From Chitinophaga pinensis (GTDB taxonomy: Bacteria; Bacteroidota; Bacteroidia; UKL13-3), in NCBI GenBank assembly GCA_945898275.1, contig CAMDHZ010000002.1, positions 5,007 through 69,006 of the forward strand: a stretch of 64,000 nt of DNA. Reading direction: 5' to 3'. A program made the position numbers and the translations under genes. This document shows positions 50,314 through 58,755 of this stretch, one piece after another. The notes under the pieces are model-generated. The model made no database searches. It saw only the letters and a program-made list of their open reading frames with translations, and had not been told where the DNA came from. Position 1 is the first letter of the stretch. Each line of letters begins with the position of its first letter.

Positions 50314-50694
50314 TCAATTAACAGCTATTACGCTAATTTCAACATTAGCGTTGAGGGGCAATTTTACCACTTGTACTGTTTCTCTAGCTGGAAAATCTGA
50401 ACTAAAATATGAACCATAAACCTCATTAATTGCTGCAAAATTTGATAAGTCTGTGCAATAAATGGTAGTTTTAACAACATTCTTAAAATCCATACCAGCA
50501 GATTTTAAAATGAAAGCAAGATTCTCCATCACCTTATGGGTTTCAGATTTTATATCGCTTTGAATCATCTCGCCTGTTTTAGCATCCTTTGCTACCTGGC
50601 CACTTGTATATAAAACACGATTATATAAAACGCCATGGCTATAAGGGCCTATTGGGGCTGGGGCATCGGAAGATGTAATTATTTTCTTTTCCAT
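50314..50694 (-). CDS. ridA: RidA/YjgF family enamine deaminase
   Basis: APAPIGPYS, SGQ, NEVY..YF, PARETV and VEIS motifs. The real start is ATG 50694 (MEKKII). Confidence 0.92.
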   Translation of the reverse strand: MEKKIITSSDAPAPIGPYSHGVLYNRVLYTSGQVAKDAKTGEMIQSDIKSETHKVMENLAFILKSAGMDFKNVVKTTIYCTDLSNFAAINEVYGSYFSSDFPARETVQVVKLPLNANVEISVIAVN

Positions 50695-50738
50695 GAGGGT
50701 TGGGTTTTTATCTTTGTCTGAATGAATTTGCTGCGAAT

Positions 50739-51416
50739 ATGAAAATTTTGGCGAGAGGTTCAAAGAACCGCATAAAAGAATTAAAAGAAAAGCTTGAAAA
50801 TGTTTCATGTGAATTTTTTTCAATTGATGATAGTGATTTACTCAGTGCTAATTTACGTGATTACGATGTAATTTTTGATCTAAAATTCGATGAAAAACTT
50901 GACCAATTAAAGTATTATGCTAATCTCAAAGGAATTACAGTATTTGTTTGTGCTGTTAAGCAACAACTTTCTAAAGCCATCAACGATTATGGCAGGCCAA
51001 TAGAATGCAACTTAATTGGCCTAAATGCCTTACCCACTTTTATCAATAGAAGTTTTGCAGAACTTTCTATCGCAAATTCTGAGCATCAAATCTCGGTTCA
51101 AACAGCAATGGATAAGCTTGGCTGGCAATTTAAAATGGTAGAAGACAGAGTTGGAATGGTTACACCTCGTATAATTTTTATGATTATAAATGAGGCCTGT
51201 TATACTGTGCAGGAAGGAACTGCAAGTATATCAGACATTGATACAAGTATGAAACTTGGCACCAACTATCCATTTGGGCCATTTGAATGGGCCAATAAAA
51301 TAGGAATTAAACATGTTTACGAAACTTTAGAAGCTTTATACCAAGATACGCATGAGGAAAGATATAAAATATGTCCTTTGCTTAAAACCAAATACTTAAA
51401 AGGAGAAACGTTTTAA
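50739..51416 (+). CDS. 3-hydroxyacyl-CoA dehydrogenase family protein (C-terminal domain, divergent N-terminus)
   Basis: D..GMV.PRI...INEA...EG.AS..DID..MKLG.NYP.GP motif; ATG at 50739. Confidence 0.85.
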   Translation: MKILARGSKNRIKELKEKLENVSCEFFSIDDSDLLSANLRDYDVIFDLKFDEKLDQLKYYANLKGITVFVCAVKQQLSKAINDYGRPIECNLIGLNALPTFINRSFAELSIANSEHQISVQTAMDKLGWQFKMVEDRVGMVTPRIIFMIINEACYTVQEGTASISDIDTSMKLGTNYPFGPFEWANKIGIKHVYETLEALYQDTHEERYKICPLLKTKYLKGETF

Positions 51417-52042
51417 TCCGCTTTAAAATTTCCCCAAAAAGTTAAAATTGCTACTTCTTCCCAAGTTTTGGCGCCAGTTTTCTTAAAAAGCCTATTGGCA
51501 CCATTGCTCTTCTTTCCTGATACTTCCATATAGTTTATACTTACCAAGGCCCATTTTTTGTCTGAAGAAAATAGAGGGAGCGATACATAATAATAATCCA
51601 TAATGCCATAACCTTGGGCTAAGCAATCCCACATTGCATCTTTATTAATTTTTCTGCATGATCTAAGTCTATCTTGGTCAATCCACTTAACAGTAGACGC
51701 TTGTATAAGACTTGGATTAAATCTTTTGTAGCTCAAGCCATCTATGGTGTCCTGAATACCATCGAAAAGTGAGGCTTTTAAACCGCTCTTTTTTAGGTAA
51801 GAAAATAGTTCTTTAACATCCCTTTTATAGAACAATTTTGCCCTGAATTGATCATTTAAATTTATAACTTGCTTGCTTTCAATTAGCCACCAATCAAAGA
51901 ATTGATGATCCTCTAAAGAAGCATTAGGAGTTTTACTTTTGGCCTGTTGATTAATTGCTGTATTTATTTTCTTCTTTGGTAGTTGATCACAAGCAGCAAA
52001 TTGAAAAGCAAAATAGAGTAAGGTAATAAGGTAATATTTCAT
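51413..52042 (-). CDS. Hypothetical lipoprotein
   Basis: Lipobox FAAC; S.PLFS.D..WALV segment. Confidence 0.6.
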   Translation of the reverse strand: MKYYLITLLYFAFQFAACDQLPKKKINTAINQQAKSKTPNASLEDHQFFDWWLIESKQVINLNDQFRAKLFYKRDVKELFSYLKKSGLKASLFDGIQDTIDGLSYKRFNPSLIQASTVKWIDQDRLRSCRKINKDAMWDCLAQGYGIMDYYYVSLPLFSSDKKWALVSINYMEVSGKKSNGANRLFKKTGAKTWEEVAILTFWGNFKAD

Positions 52043-52060
52043 ATGCTAAAAAATATTCAT

Positions 52061-52091
52061 AAAAAAGGCAACACTTTCATGTTGCCTTTTT
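52061..52091 (-). terminator. Intrinsic terminator after metK (bidirectional shape)
   Basis: AAAAAGGCAACA / TGTTGCCTTTTT inverted repeat. Confidence 0.85.
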
Positions 52092-52100
52092 GTAATTATC

Positions 52101-52110
52101 GGTTTGAACC
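52101..52110 (-). repeat. Dispersed GGTTCAAACC motif (intergenic copy next to the metK terminator)
   Basis: GGTTTGAACC on the plus strand. Confidence 0.6.
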
Positions 52111-52120
52111 TAATAGTTAA

Positions 52121-53374
52121 CTATTTGATTTTAAAAGCTTTTTTCACTTTCTCAACCATGTCCAACTTCTCCCAAGTGAATAATTCAACTTTAAACTTAA
52201 CCATCTTTCCCTCAGGTCCTTTGAAGCTAACTTCTTTGATTTCGTTTTTACGACCCATGTGACCGTAGGCTGCAGTTTCGCTATAGATAGGATTGCGTAA
52301 CTTTAAACGAGTTTCGATACCATAAGGAGTCATATCAAAAAGTTTTTCAACAACTTTAGCAATTTCTCCATCAGTCATTTTAACTTTAGCAGTACCATAG
52401 GTATTAACATAAATTCCCATTGGGTCTTTTACACCAATTGCGTATGAAACCTGTACCAAAACTTCATTGCATAAACCTGCAGCAACTAAATTTTTTGCAA
52501 TATGCCTAGTGGCATAAGCCGCAGAACGGTCTACTTTTGAAGGGTCTTTACCCGAGAATGCGCCTCCGCCATGTGCACCTTTTCCGCCGTATGTATCTAC
52601 AATAATTTTACGTCCAGTTAAGCCTGTATCACCATGAGGGCCACCAATAACAAACTTACCAGTTGGGTTAATATGGTAATTTATCTTATCATTAAATAAA
52701 TGCGCAAATTTCTTGTACTTAGCTTTAACACGTGGAATTAAAATTTTAATGATATCAGCCTTAATTTTTGCCAACATTTTTGCTTCCGTATCAAAATCAT
52801 CATGTTGCGTAGAAACTACTATTGAATCAATTCTAACAGGTTGGTTGTTGTCATCGTATTCTAAAGTAACCTGAGATTTAGCATCTGGTCTCAAATACTT
52901 AATAGCTTTGTTTTCTCTTCTAAGTGCAGCTAATTCGATTAAGATTTTGTGCGCTAAATCTAAAGGTAATGGCATGAAATCTTCTGTTTCGTTTGTTGCA
53001 TAACCAAACATCATTCCTTGGTCACCGGCACCTTGATCTTGCTTCTTTTTACGATCAACACCTTGGTTGATATCTGCACTTTGCTCATGAATTGCAGATA
53101 AGATTCCACATGAGTTTGCTTCAAACATATATTCGCTTTTAGTGTATCCAATTTTACGGATAACACCACGAGCTATTTCTTGAACATCAAGATAAGCGCG
53201 AGATTTTACTTCTCCAGCCAATACAACTTGGCCAGTTGTTACTAAAGTTTCACAAGCAACTTTCGAATCTGGGTCGAAGGCTAAAAAGTTGTCAATTAAA
53301 GCATCCGAAATCTGATCGGCAACTTTGTCTGGGTGTCCTTCACTTACAGACTCCGAGGTAAATAAATAAGCCAT
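52121..53374 (-). CDS. metK: S-adenosylmethionine synthetase
   Basis: [30 protein letters not shown] and GGGAFSGKD motifs. Confidence 0.98.
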   Translation of the reverse strand: MAYLFTSESVSEGHPDKVADQISDALIDNFLAFDPDSKVACETLVTTGQVVLAGEVKSRAYLDVQEIARGVIRKIGYTKSEYMFEANSCGILSAIHEQSADINQGVDRKKKQDQGAGDQGMMFGYATNETEDFMPLPLDLAHKILIELAALRRENKAIKYLRPDAKSQVTLEYDDNNQPVRIDSIVVSTQHDDFDTEAKMLAKIKADIIKILIPRVKAKYKKFAHLFNDKINYHINPTGKFVIGGPHGDTGLTGRKIIVDTYGGKGAHGGGAFSGKDPSKVDRSAAYATRHIAKNLVAAGLCNEVLVQVSYAIGVKDPMGIYVNTYGTAKVKMTDGEIAKVVEKLFDMTPYGIETRLKLRNPIYSETAAYGHMGRKNEIKEVSFKGPEGKMVKFKVELFTWEKLDMVEKVKKAFKIK

Positions 53375-53403
53375 ATTATTTTATAAAATTTAAAATTGGT
53401 TTA

Positions 53404-53530
53404 TAGTTTAGCATTAAAAAAGAAGCAAACCGTCCTGTAGTTTAATTGAACATAAATTGACAAGAAAGTCCGCATCGCTTTACCACCGTAGTGTTCTTCC
53501 CGGTTGGCATTCCACTTACGCGGAATTCTT
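53404..53530 (-). ncRNA. Structured metK 5' leader, candidate SAM-responsive riboswitch (partial SAM-II-like 3' end)
   Basis: GC-richer leader with several hairpins and a UUGC...UGCUAAA 3' segment, lying between a promoter and the metK ATG. Confidence 0.5.
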
Positions 53531-53539
53531 AATGCATTG

Positions 53540-53569
53540 CAAAAGTATACCTTATAAGGAAAAAACAAA
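53540..53569 (-). promoter_or_regulatory. metK promoter (-33 TTTG / -7 TACTTTTG)
   Basis: Minus-strand TTTG (53566-53569) and TACTTTTG (53540-53547), with an 18-nt spacer. Confidence 0.6.
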
Positions 53570-53652
53570 GTTTTTAAACAAAATTGATTAGGACACCAAA
53601 AAAACTGTAAAAAAAAGTGCCCACATTTCAATCTTATATACGAAAATTGATT

Positions 53653-54324
53653 TTAAGAGGTTTTATTAAACGTTTTACTTTTACCATAATAAGTTCCTTT
53701 TCTAATATTCATAGAAATTGAGAAGTAAAACATTTGGGAACTATTAACATTCTCGTATACTTTTTGACCATTTTTAGTGTAGTTCGAGTTATACAAGTCT
53801 TCGAGGTAATACTTAAATTTTAGGTTCAAACCACTTTTAAAATTTACACCCACAAAAACGCTTGGCAAAAACAAGTTATTCCTACTGCTAAACCATTCTG
53901 ATTCTTTGGTTTTTTTATCATTTACAAAGGTTTTTTCTTTAAAATGAAATGCAAATTCGGCTTCTCCACCAGCATATAAATACTTATCGTTTCCTAAATC
54001 TCCAATTTTAATTGCTAATGGAACACCAATGGTATAAACTCTTCTTTTTACAAGTGTATCAGAAATCTTAGAAGAGAATCCCACATTTCTCATAGCTGCG
54101 CCAGAATACAAACCAATATTTTTAGTGAGGTCTAAGTGCTTATATTTACCAAAATGTAAAACGCAGGAAAAACGAGGCGGTGTGTTAATTTTCTCACCTT
54201 TCAGTTGATAATCTGCGAAAGAAAAAATTAGCTCCCAATCGGTTGTACTATAGGATTTCTTTTGTGCAAAGGAATTCTGATTGCCGGCAATTAAAATTAT
54301 TACCAAAATTAGTAGTTTTCTCAT
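53653..54324 (-). CDS. Outer-membrane beta-barrel (porin-family) hypothetical protein
   Basis: Signal peptide and amphipathic strands (Y..GVPLA.K.G). Confidence 0.6.
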   Translation of the reverse strand: MRKLLILVIILIAGNQNSFAQKKSYSTTDWELIFSFADYQLKGEKINTPPRFSCVLHFGKYKHLDLTKNIGLYSGAAMRNVGFSSKISDTLVKRRVYTIGVPLAIKIGDLGNDKYLYAGGEAEFAFHFKEKTFVNDKKTKESEWFSSRNNLFLPSVFVGVNFKSGLNLKFKYYLEDLYNSNYTKNGQKVYENVNSSQMFYFSISMNIRKGTYYGKSKTFNKTS

Positions 54325-54337
54325 AGGTATTTGAAGT

Positions 54338-56797
54338 CTATTTTAACAAAGGTATAAGATTCTTAACTATTTCCTTGTCTTCTAAAGAAAGGGCAGATTC
54401 TTGCAAACTTTCTTTAAAATAAAGTCTCATTTTTTCGTCTTGGCATAAGAACCTACAAAGCTCTGCAGCTGGACCAGATAATCTGGAATTAAAAGACAAC
54501 ATAGGTTCAAATAAATCTAAAGGATAAGATTCTCCTCCAAGTTTAGCAATAATCTTGTTATGAATGGCCTTTAAAGCCTGAAAGGCATTTACACGCGTTC
54601 TAAACTCATACTTTGACGATGCATAATCAATGAGTTGCATTAAGTCAACTTCAATACTTTCAAATCCATATGTAATAGCTAGCTCTATGCGTTCTATTTC
54701 CAATGAATGGTTCATAGAACCCTCAGAATAGCCCTTATTTAATACTTTCCCACTAAATTCCTCTTCGGCTGCTATCCAAACCGTCATGGCGCTTTTAACC
54801 ACATCATAACTTGAATCATTCATTGCCTTAATAAACAAAGGTCGGGTTGCTTCTCTAAACCCGATTTCCTTTATAAGATGCACTCTAACTGCTGCGCTAG
54901 AACCATTATAAAGGTCAAACCAAATTTGATTTATTTCTGTTGAGGTGTCACTAGCAAGTTGAGAGATTGCCTCATTTAAAATTGCATAATGTTTTTCGTT
55001 TTTTATGGTTTGAACCAAAAGTTCCCTCTTCTGTTCCAAAGAAAACGATCTTAATCCAACCAAAGCATCGTATTTATCTAAATATCCAATTTTTGCTTGC
55101 GCTTGAGCCTTTAATTCTTCCAAACCTTTTTTAAAAATTACTTGCTTTAAAACATTCGAATTTGGGTCAAACAAAACAAAGGCTATTTGCTTTTTATTAG
55201 GATTAGGAATTTTTACTACCTCAAAGTCTCCTGAAATTTCATCAACCACTATAGACTTAGAACCATCTGAATAATGTACCTCTAACGCAATGGGCATTCT
55301 AAAGGCTTGAACAGTTTCTGAGTTCGGGTGAATTTGTTCTATAGCAATTTCTGTGGCTCTACTCCCATCCTGATAACTTAGGTCTTCGTAATGAATCCTA
55401 AAATATGGCTCGCCACCTCGGTAAATCCATTGGTCGAAAAACCAATCTAGGTTCAAACCTAATACGTCTTTTATGGCTTGTTGTAAATCGTTGGTTTCTA
55501 CATTGCTGTAAGCATGTTTTTGAAGATAGTATTTCAAAACTGTTTTCCATTGATCTTCTCCCAAATAATGAACCAACATGCTTAAGACGGCTGCCCCTTT
55601 TGGGTATACACGGGCGGTTCCTCCAGCCGAATGTCTTACTGCAAAATTATCTTTCTTTCCAGCCTCAACAGCAGACACTTGGTGTTGTCTTCTTTGCCAA
55701 TCCCATTCTTGCTCCCCATCTAAAATTCTGCTTAGTTGTTTTGGGTAAAAGGTAGCAAAGCTTTCTTGCAGCCAAGCATCACGGCCATCTCTTGCGGTAA
55801 CAAAATCACCAAACCATTGGTGCGTAAGCTCATGACAATTAACTCCAATATAATTTCTATCTAAAAACGCCCTCTTATCTACAAAGAAAAAATCGCCAAA
55901 AATGGTAGCCGTTGTGTTTTCCATAGCACCATACATAAAATCTTGCACCATCAATTGGCTATAGCTTTCCCAAGGATATGGAATTCCCGTTTGTTCCTCC
56001 ATAAAATCTACCATCATTGGACTGTGTCTAAACGTTGGTTCAACCCTTTCTTTAAATTCTGGGTAATACCAATATTGCAGTGGAACACCTGATTTGCTTT
56101 TAGCTGTTTGAACCTCGTACTTGCCAATGGCCAACATAAGCAAATAACCAGCATGTGGCTTAGACATAGCATAATGCCAAGTGAGGCTTCCGTCTTTGTT
56201 CTTTGTTTTAGATTTTAATAATCCATTAGAAAGTACTTTGTATTTGCTATCAAATTTGATAACGGTTTCTGTAATGAATTTATCATTCATATCATCATAC
56301 ATTGGAATCCAATAGCGATTATCAATTCCTTGCCCTTGGGTCCAGATTTGCCTTCTTACCCTAAATGGGTCATTTACAGAATCGTTTAATTCTGGCTGAT
56401 TCCAACCAATAAAATAAATTCCTTTTTTGGGTTTTGCAGTATATTCAAAAGTTATCTCAGCCGATTGATTCCAGGTTAAAGGAGTGGAAGGAATTACCCA
56501 TACACCAGATTTATTTGTTTTAAAATTGAGCTTTTTCCCGTTTAGAAGCGCTTGTTGAATGGTTATTCCTGGTGCATCAAAAAAAACAGAATCAACAGTT
56601 TTTCGTAGCACCAAAAAAGAGTGGCTTACTTTTCCATTCACTTGCTTAACCTCTGGAAGAAACGAAACTTCCACCTTCATCTTTGTAATATCTAAAACAT
56701 GCTCTCTAAATTGAACGGGGTCTTTATGGTATGATTGATAAGGACTTTGAGCCAATAAATTAAATGGCAATAAAATGGCAAGCACAAGTTTTTTCAT
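54338..56797 (-). CDS. M1 family aminopeptidase with C-terminal HEAT-like region
   Basis: GAMEN exopeptidase motif, HELTHQWFG...WLQESFA (HExxH-18x-E) and YPKG motifs. Confidence 0.93.
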   Translation of the reverse strand: MKKLVLAILLPFNLLAQSPYQSYHKDPVQFREHVLDITKMKVEVSFLPEVKQVNGKVSHSFLVLRKTVDSVFFDAPGITIQQALLNGKKLNFKTNKSGVWVIPSTPLTWNQSAEITFEYTAKPKKGIYFIGWNQPELNDSVNDPFRVRRQIWTQGQGIDNRYWIPMYDDMNDKFITETVIKFDSKYKVLSNGLLKSKTKNKDGSLTWHYAMSKPHAGYLLMLAIGKYEVQTAKSKSGVPLQYWYYPEFKERVEPTFRHSPMMVDFMEEQTGIPYPWESYSQLMVQDFMYGAMENTTATIFGDFFFVDKRAFLDRNYIGVNCHELTHQWFGDFVTARDGRDAWLQESFATFYPKQLSRILDGEQEWDWQRRQHQVSAVEAGKKDNFAVRHSAGGTARVYPKGAAVLSMLVHYLGEDQWKTVLKYYLQKHAYSNVETNDLQQAIKDVLGLNLDWFFDQWIYRGGEPYFRIHYEDLSYQDGSRATEIAIEQIHPNSETVQAFRMPIALEVHYSDGSKSIVVDEISGDFEVVKIPNPNKKQIAFVLFDPNSNVLKQVIFKKGLEELKAQAQAKIGYLDKYDALVGLRSFSLEQKRELLVQTIKNEKHYAILNEAISQLASDTSTEINQIWFDLYNGSSAAVRVHLIKEIGFREATRPLFIKAMNDSSYDVVKSAMTVWIAAEEEFSGKVLNKGYSEGSMNHSLEIERIELAITYGFESIEVDLMQLIDYASSKYEFRTRVNAFQALKAIHNKIIAKLGGESYPLDLFEPMLSFNSRLSGPAAELCRFLCQDEKMRLYFKESLQESALSLEDKEIVKNLIPLLK

Positions 56798-56840
56798 CTG
56801 CAAAATTGCGTTAATGCAAACGAAGATATGAAACTAGCGA

Positions 56841-57347
56841 TTATAAATGAATCTTCTCAACAATCATTCTAAACCAGACAGTATAATCATCTGGATTCTT
56901 CTTGATATCATCTAAAAGCCATGGGATACTTACCCATTTAACAGCAGCAACTTCATCTAGATTGAAATGAATAGCATCATTATAATCTCCAAAAAACACA
57001 TGATCAAATTCATGCTCAGTGAGGCCGTTATCAAAAGGGGCTTTATAAATAAAAGAATGTTTAAGCTCTAATTGGCAATCGAAGCCAAGTTCTTCCATTA
57101 ATCGTCTGTGAGCTGCCTCAAGGGTGGATTCGCCAGCACGGGGATGAGAGCAACAAGCGTTTGTCCATAGCCCAGCAGAGTGATATTTTGTTAAGGCACG
57201 CTGTTGCAGCAGCGTTTCGCCATTCTGATTAAAAACAAGTACAGAGAATGCTCTGTGAAGTAAGGCCTTTTCATGAGCCTCTTGCTTTTCCATTAGGCCA
57301 ATTTCATTGTCTTGTTCGTCTACAAGAATCACCATTTCTTTTGTCAT
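56841..57347 (-). CDS. idi: Isopentenyl-diphosphate delta-isomerase type 1
   Basis: LHRAFS, WTNACCSHP, EHEFDHV and EV...W motifs. Confidence 0.96.
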   Translation of the reverse strand: MTKEMVILVDEQDNEIGLMEKQEAHEKALLHRAFSVLVFNQNGETLLQQRALTKYHSAGLWTNACCSHPRAGESTLEAAHRRLMEELGFDCQLELKHSFIYKAPFDNGLTEHEFDHVFFGDYNDAIHFNLDEVAAVKWVSIPWLLDDIKKNPDDYTVWFRMIVEKIHL

Positions 57348-57823
57348 TTAAGTAAACTCCTTTCTGCATCGGATAATTTTCCAGAAACAACTAAAAAGCT
57401 AATAATTTTAACCTTTAAATCATGGTCGGACAAACCTGAAGTGCCGTTAATTAATGCAGCTCTATCTTCAATAATATTTTTGTTATATCCCAGAAAAGAA
57501 GGTGAATTGAGTTGAATACTATACCTAAGGTACCTAAGTTCCAAATTGCTTGGCTCTAATCCAATTGCCTTATCTAGTTTCTGTCTGCCTTCGGAGAAGT
57601 AAGCATACTTTTGGTTAGGCATTATTGCATACTTGGCAAGTAACATTTTATTGGCGCCTAAATATCCTATAATTAAAGCATCATCTGCCTTAAAGGTTTT
57701 TAAATAGTCGTCTAATTTTATGGCAGAAGTTTCACTATCAATAGCACTATTATAAAGTGTTCTAATAGTTCTTAAGGTTTCAGTACTCAAGTTAAAAATA
57801 GTAAGGATAAGAAGTAATTTCAT
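57344..57823 (-). CDS. Hypothetical secreted helical protein in the carotenoid operon
   Basis: 159 aa; N.ELRYLR.SIQ.N.P.FLGY segment; coupled to crtB and idi. Confidence 0.7.
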   Translation of the reverse strand: MKLLLILTIFNLSTETLRTIRTLYNSAIDSETSAIKLDDYLKTFKADDALIIGYLGANKMLLAKYAIMPNQKYAYFSEGRQKLDKAIGLEPSNLELRYLRYSIQLNSPSFLGYNKNIIEDRAALINGTSGLSDHDLKVKIISFLVVSGKLSDAERSLLK

Positions 57824-57831
57824 TTTGCATT

Positions 57832-58668
57832 TTAAAGCAAATTAAAACTATGACGAAGATATGAACCAAAAAACAAGGCATATTTTTGCTTATCGCTAAT
57901 TCTAATTCTTTCTTCCATAATTCTTGAAGCAGGAATTTCTCTTATTTTAACTAATAATCTTGAATAATAAATATAAGCAACATAAACCCCAAATCTTGCG
58001 TCTTTTGGTAGCTTCTTAATTCCTTCATAACCCATTTCAAAATCTGCTAAAATATCCTCTTCAATTTGTGCCTTTGTTTCTTCATTAAACTCTTGCGTTT
58101 TTAACTGAGGAAAATACAATCTCCCTAATCCATCCTTATCTGCTTTGAAATCGCGTAAGAAATTAATTTTTTGAAAAGCTGAACCAAGTTTCATTGCGTA
58201 AGGTTTTAACTCTTCATATAACTCATTGTTGCCTTCAGTAAAAACTCTTAAACACATCAATCCAACTACTTCAGCAGAACCAAAAATATACTCCTCATAA
58301 CCTTGCTGATCATAATCATGGTTATATAAATCCATTTCCATGCTTTTTAAAAAAGTATCAATACTAGATTGATCTATTTGAAATGACCTTACTACCTCTT
58401 GAAAACTATGTAAAATGGGATTAGTACTTATGCCTCTTTCAATAGCTTTATTGGTTTCCTCTTTTAGTTCAAGCAACATTTGACGTTTAGGAAACCCATG
58501 GAAAGTGTCTACAATTTCATCAGCTAATCTTACAAAACCATAAATGGCATAAACTGGATTCCTAAACCTAGTCGCCAAAAAACTTATACCCATAGAAAAT
58601 GAGGTACTATAACTCTTAGTTACTAGCTTGCTGCTGCCAATTGATACTTTATCGTATAATTCTTTCAT
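57832..58668 (-). CDS. crtB: Phytoene synthase
   Basis: YSTSFS, R.ADEIVD, SAEVVGLMCL and FQK.NFLRD motifs. Confidence 0.95.
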   Translation of the reverse strand: MKELYDKVSIGSSKLVTKSYSTSFSMGISFLATRFRNPVYAIYGFVRLADEIVDTFHGFPKRQMLLELKEETNKAIERGISTNPILHSFQEVVRSFQIDQSSIDTFLKSMEMDLYNHDYDQQGYEEYIFGSAEVVGLMCLRVFTEGNNELYEELKPYAMKLGSAFQKINFLRDFKADKDGLGRLYFPQLKTQEFNEETKAQIEEDILADFEMGYEGIKKLPKDARFGVYVAYIYYSRLLVKIREIPASRIMEERIRISDKQKYALFFGSYLRHSFNLL

Positions 58669-58755
58669 GTACTATTTAGTTGAGGTTTTTATGGAAAATA
58701 GTCTAATAATAATTCTTAACAGGTCATAATTGTTTTTAAAGTAGAATAAAATTAA

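Noticed and set aside
50700..50823. Apparent 124-bp head-to-head overlap of ridA and the dehydrogenase-like gene
   Set aside because: This is an artefact of longest-ORF calling; ATGs at 50694 (minus) and 50739 (plus) give normal proteins with a 44-bp gap.
53401..53631. 76-aa ORF upstream of metK as a leader peptide
   Set aside because: It starts upstream of the predicted promoter, is not Met/Cys-rich, and overlaps the structured leader.
3259..57515. Many short (60-116 aa) ORFs in the track that lie antisense or out of frame within long genes
   Set aside because: They are shadow ORFs with no recognisable motifs, covered by well-supported genes.
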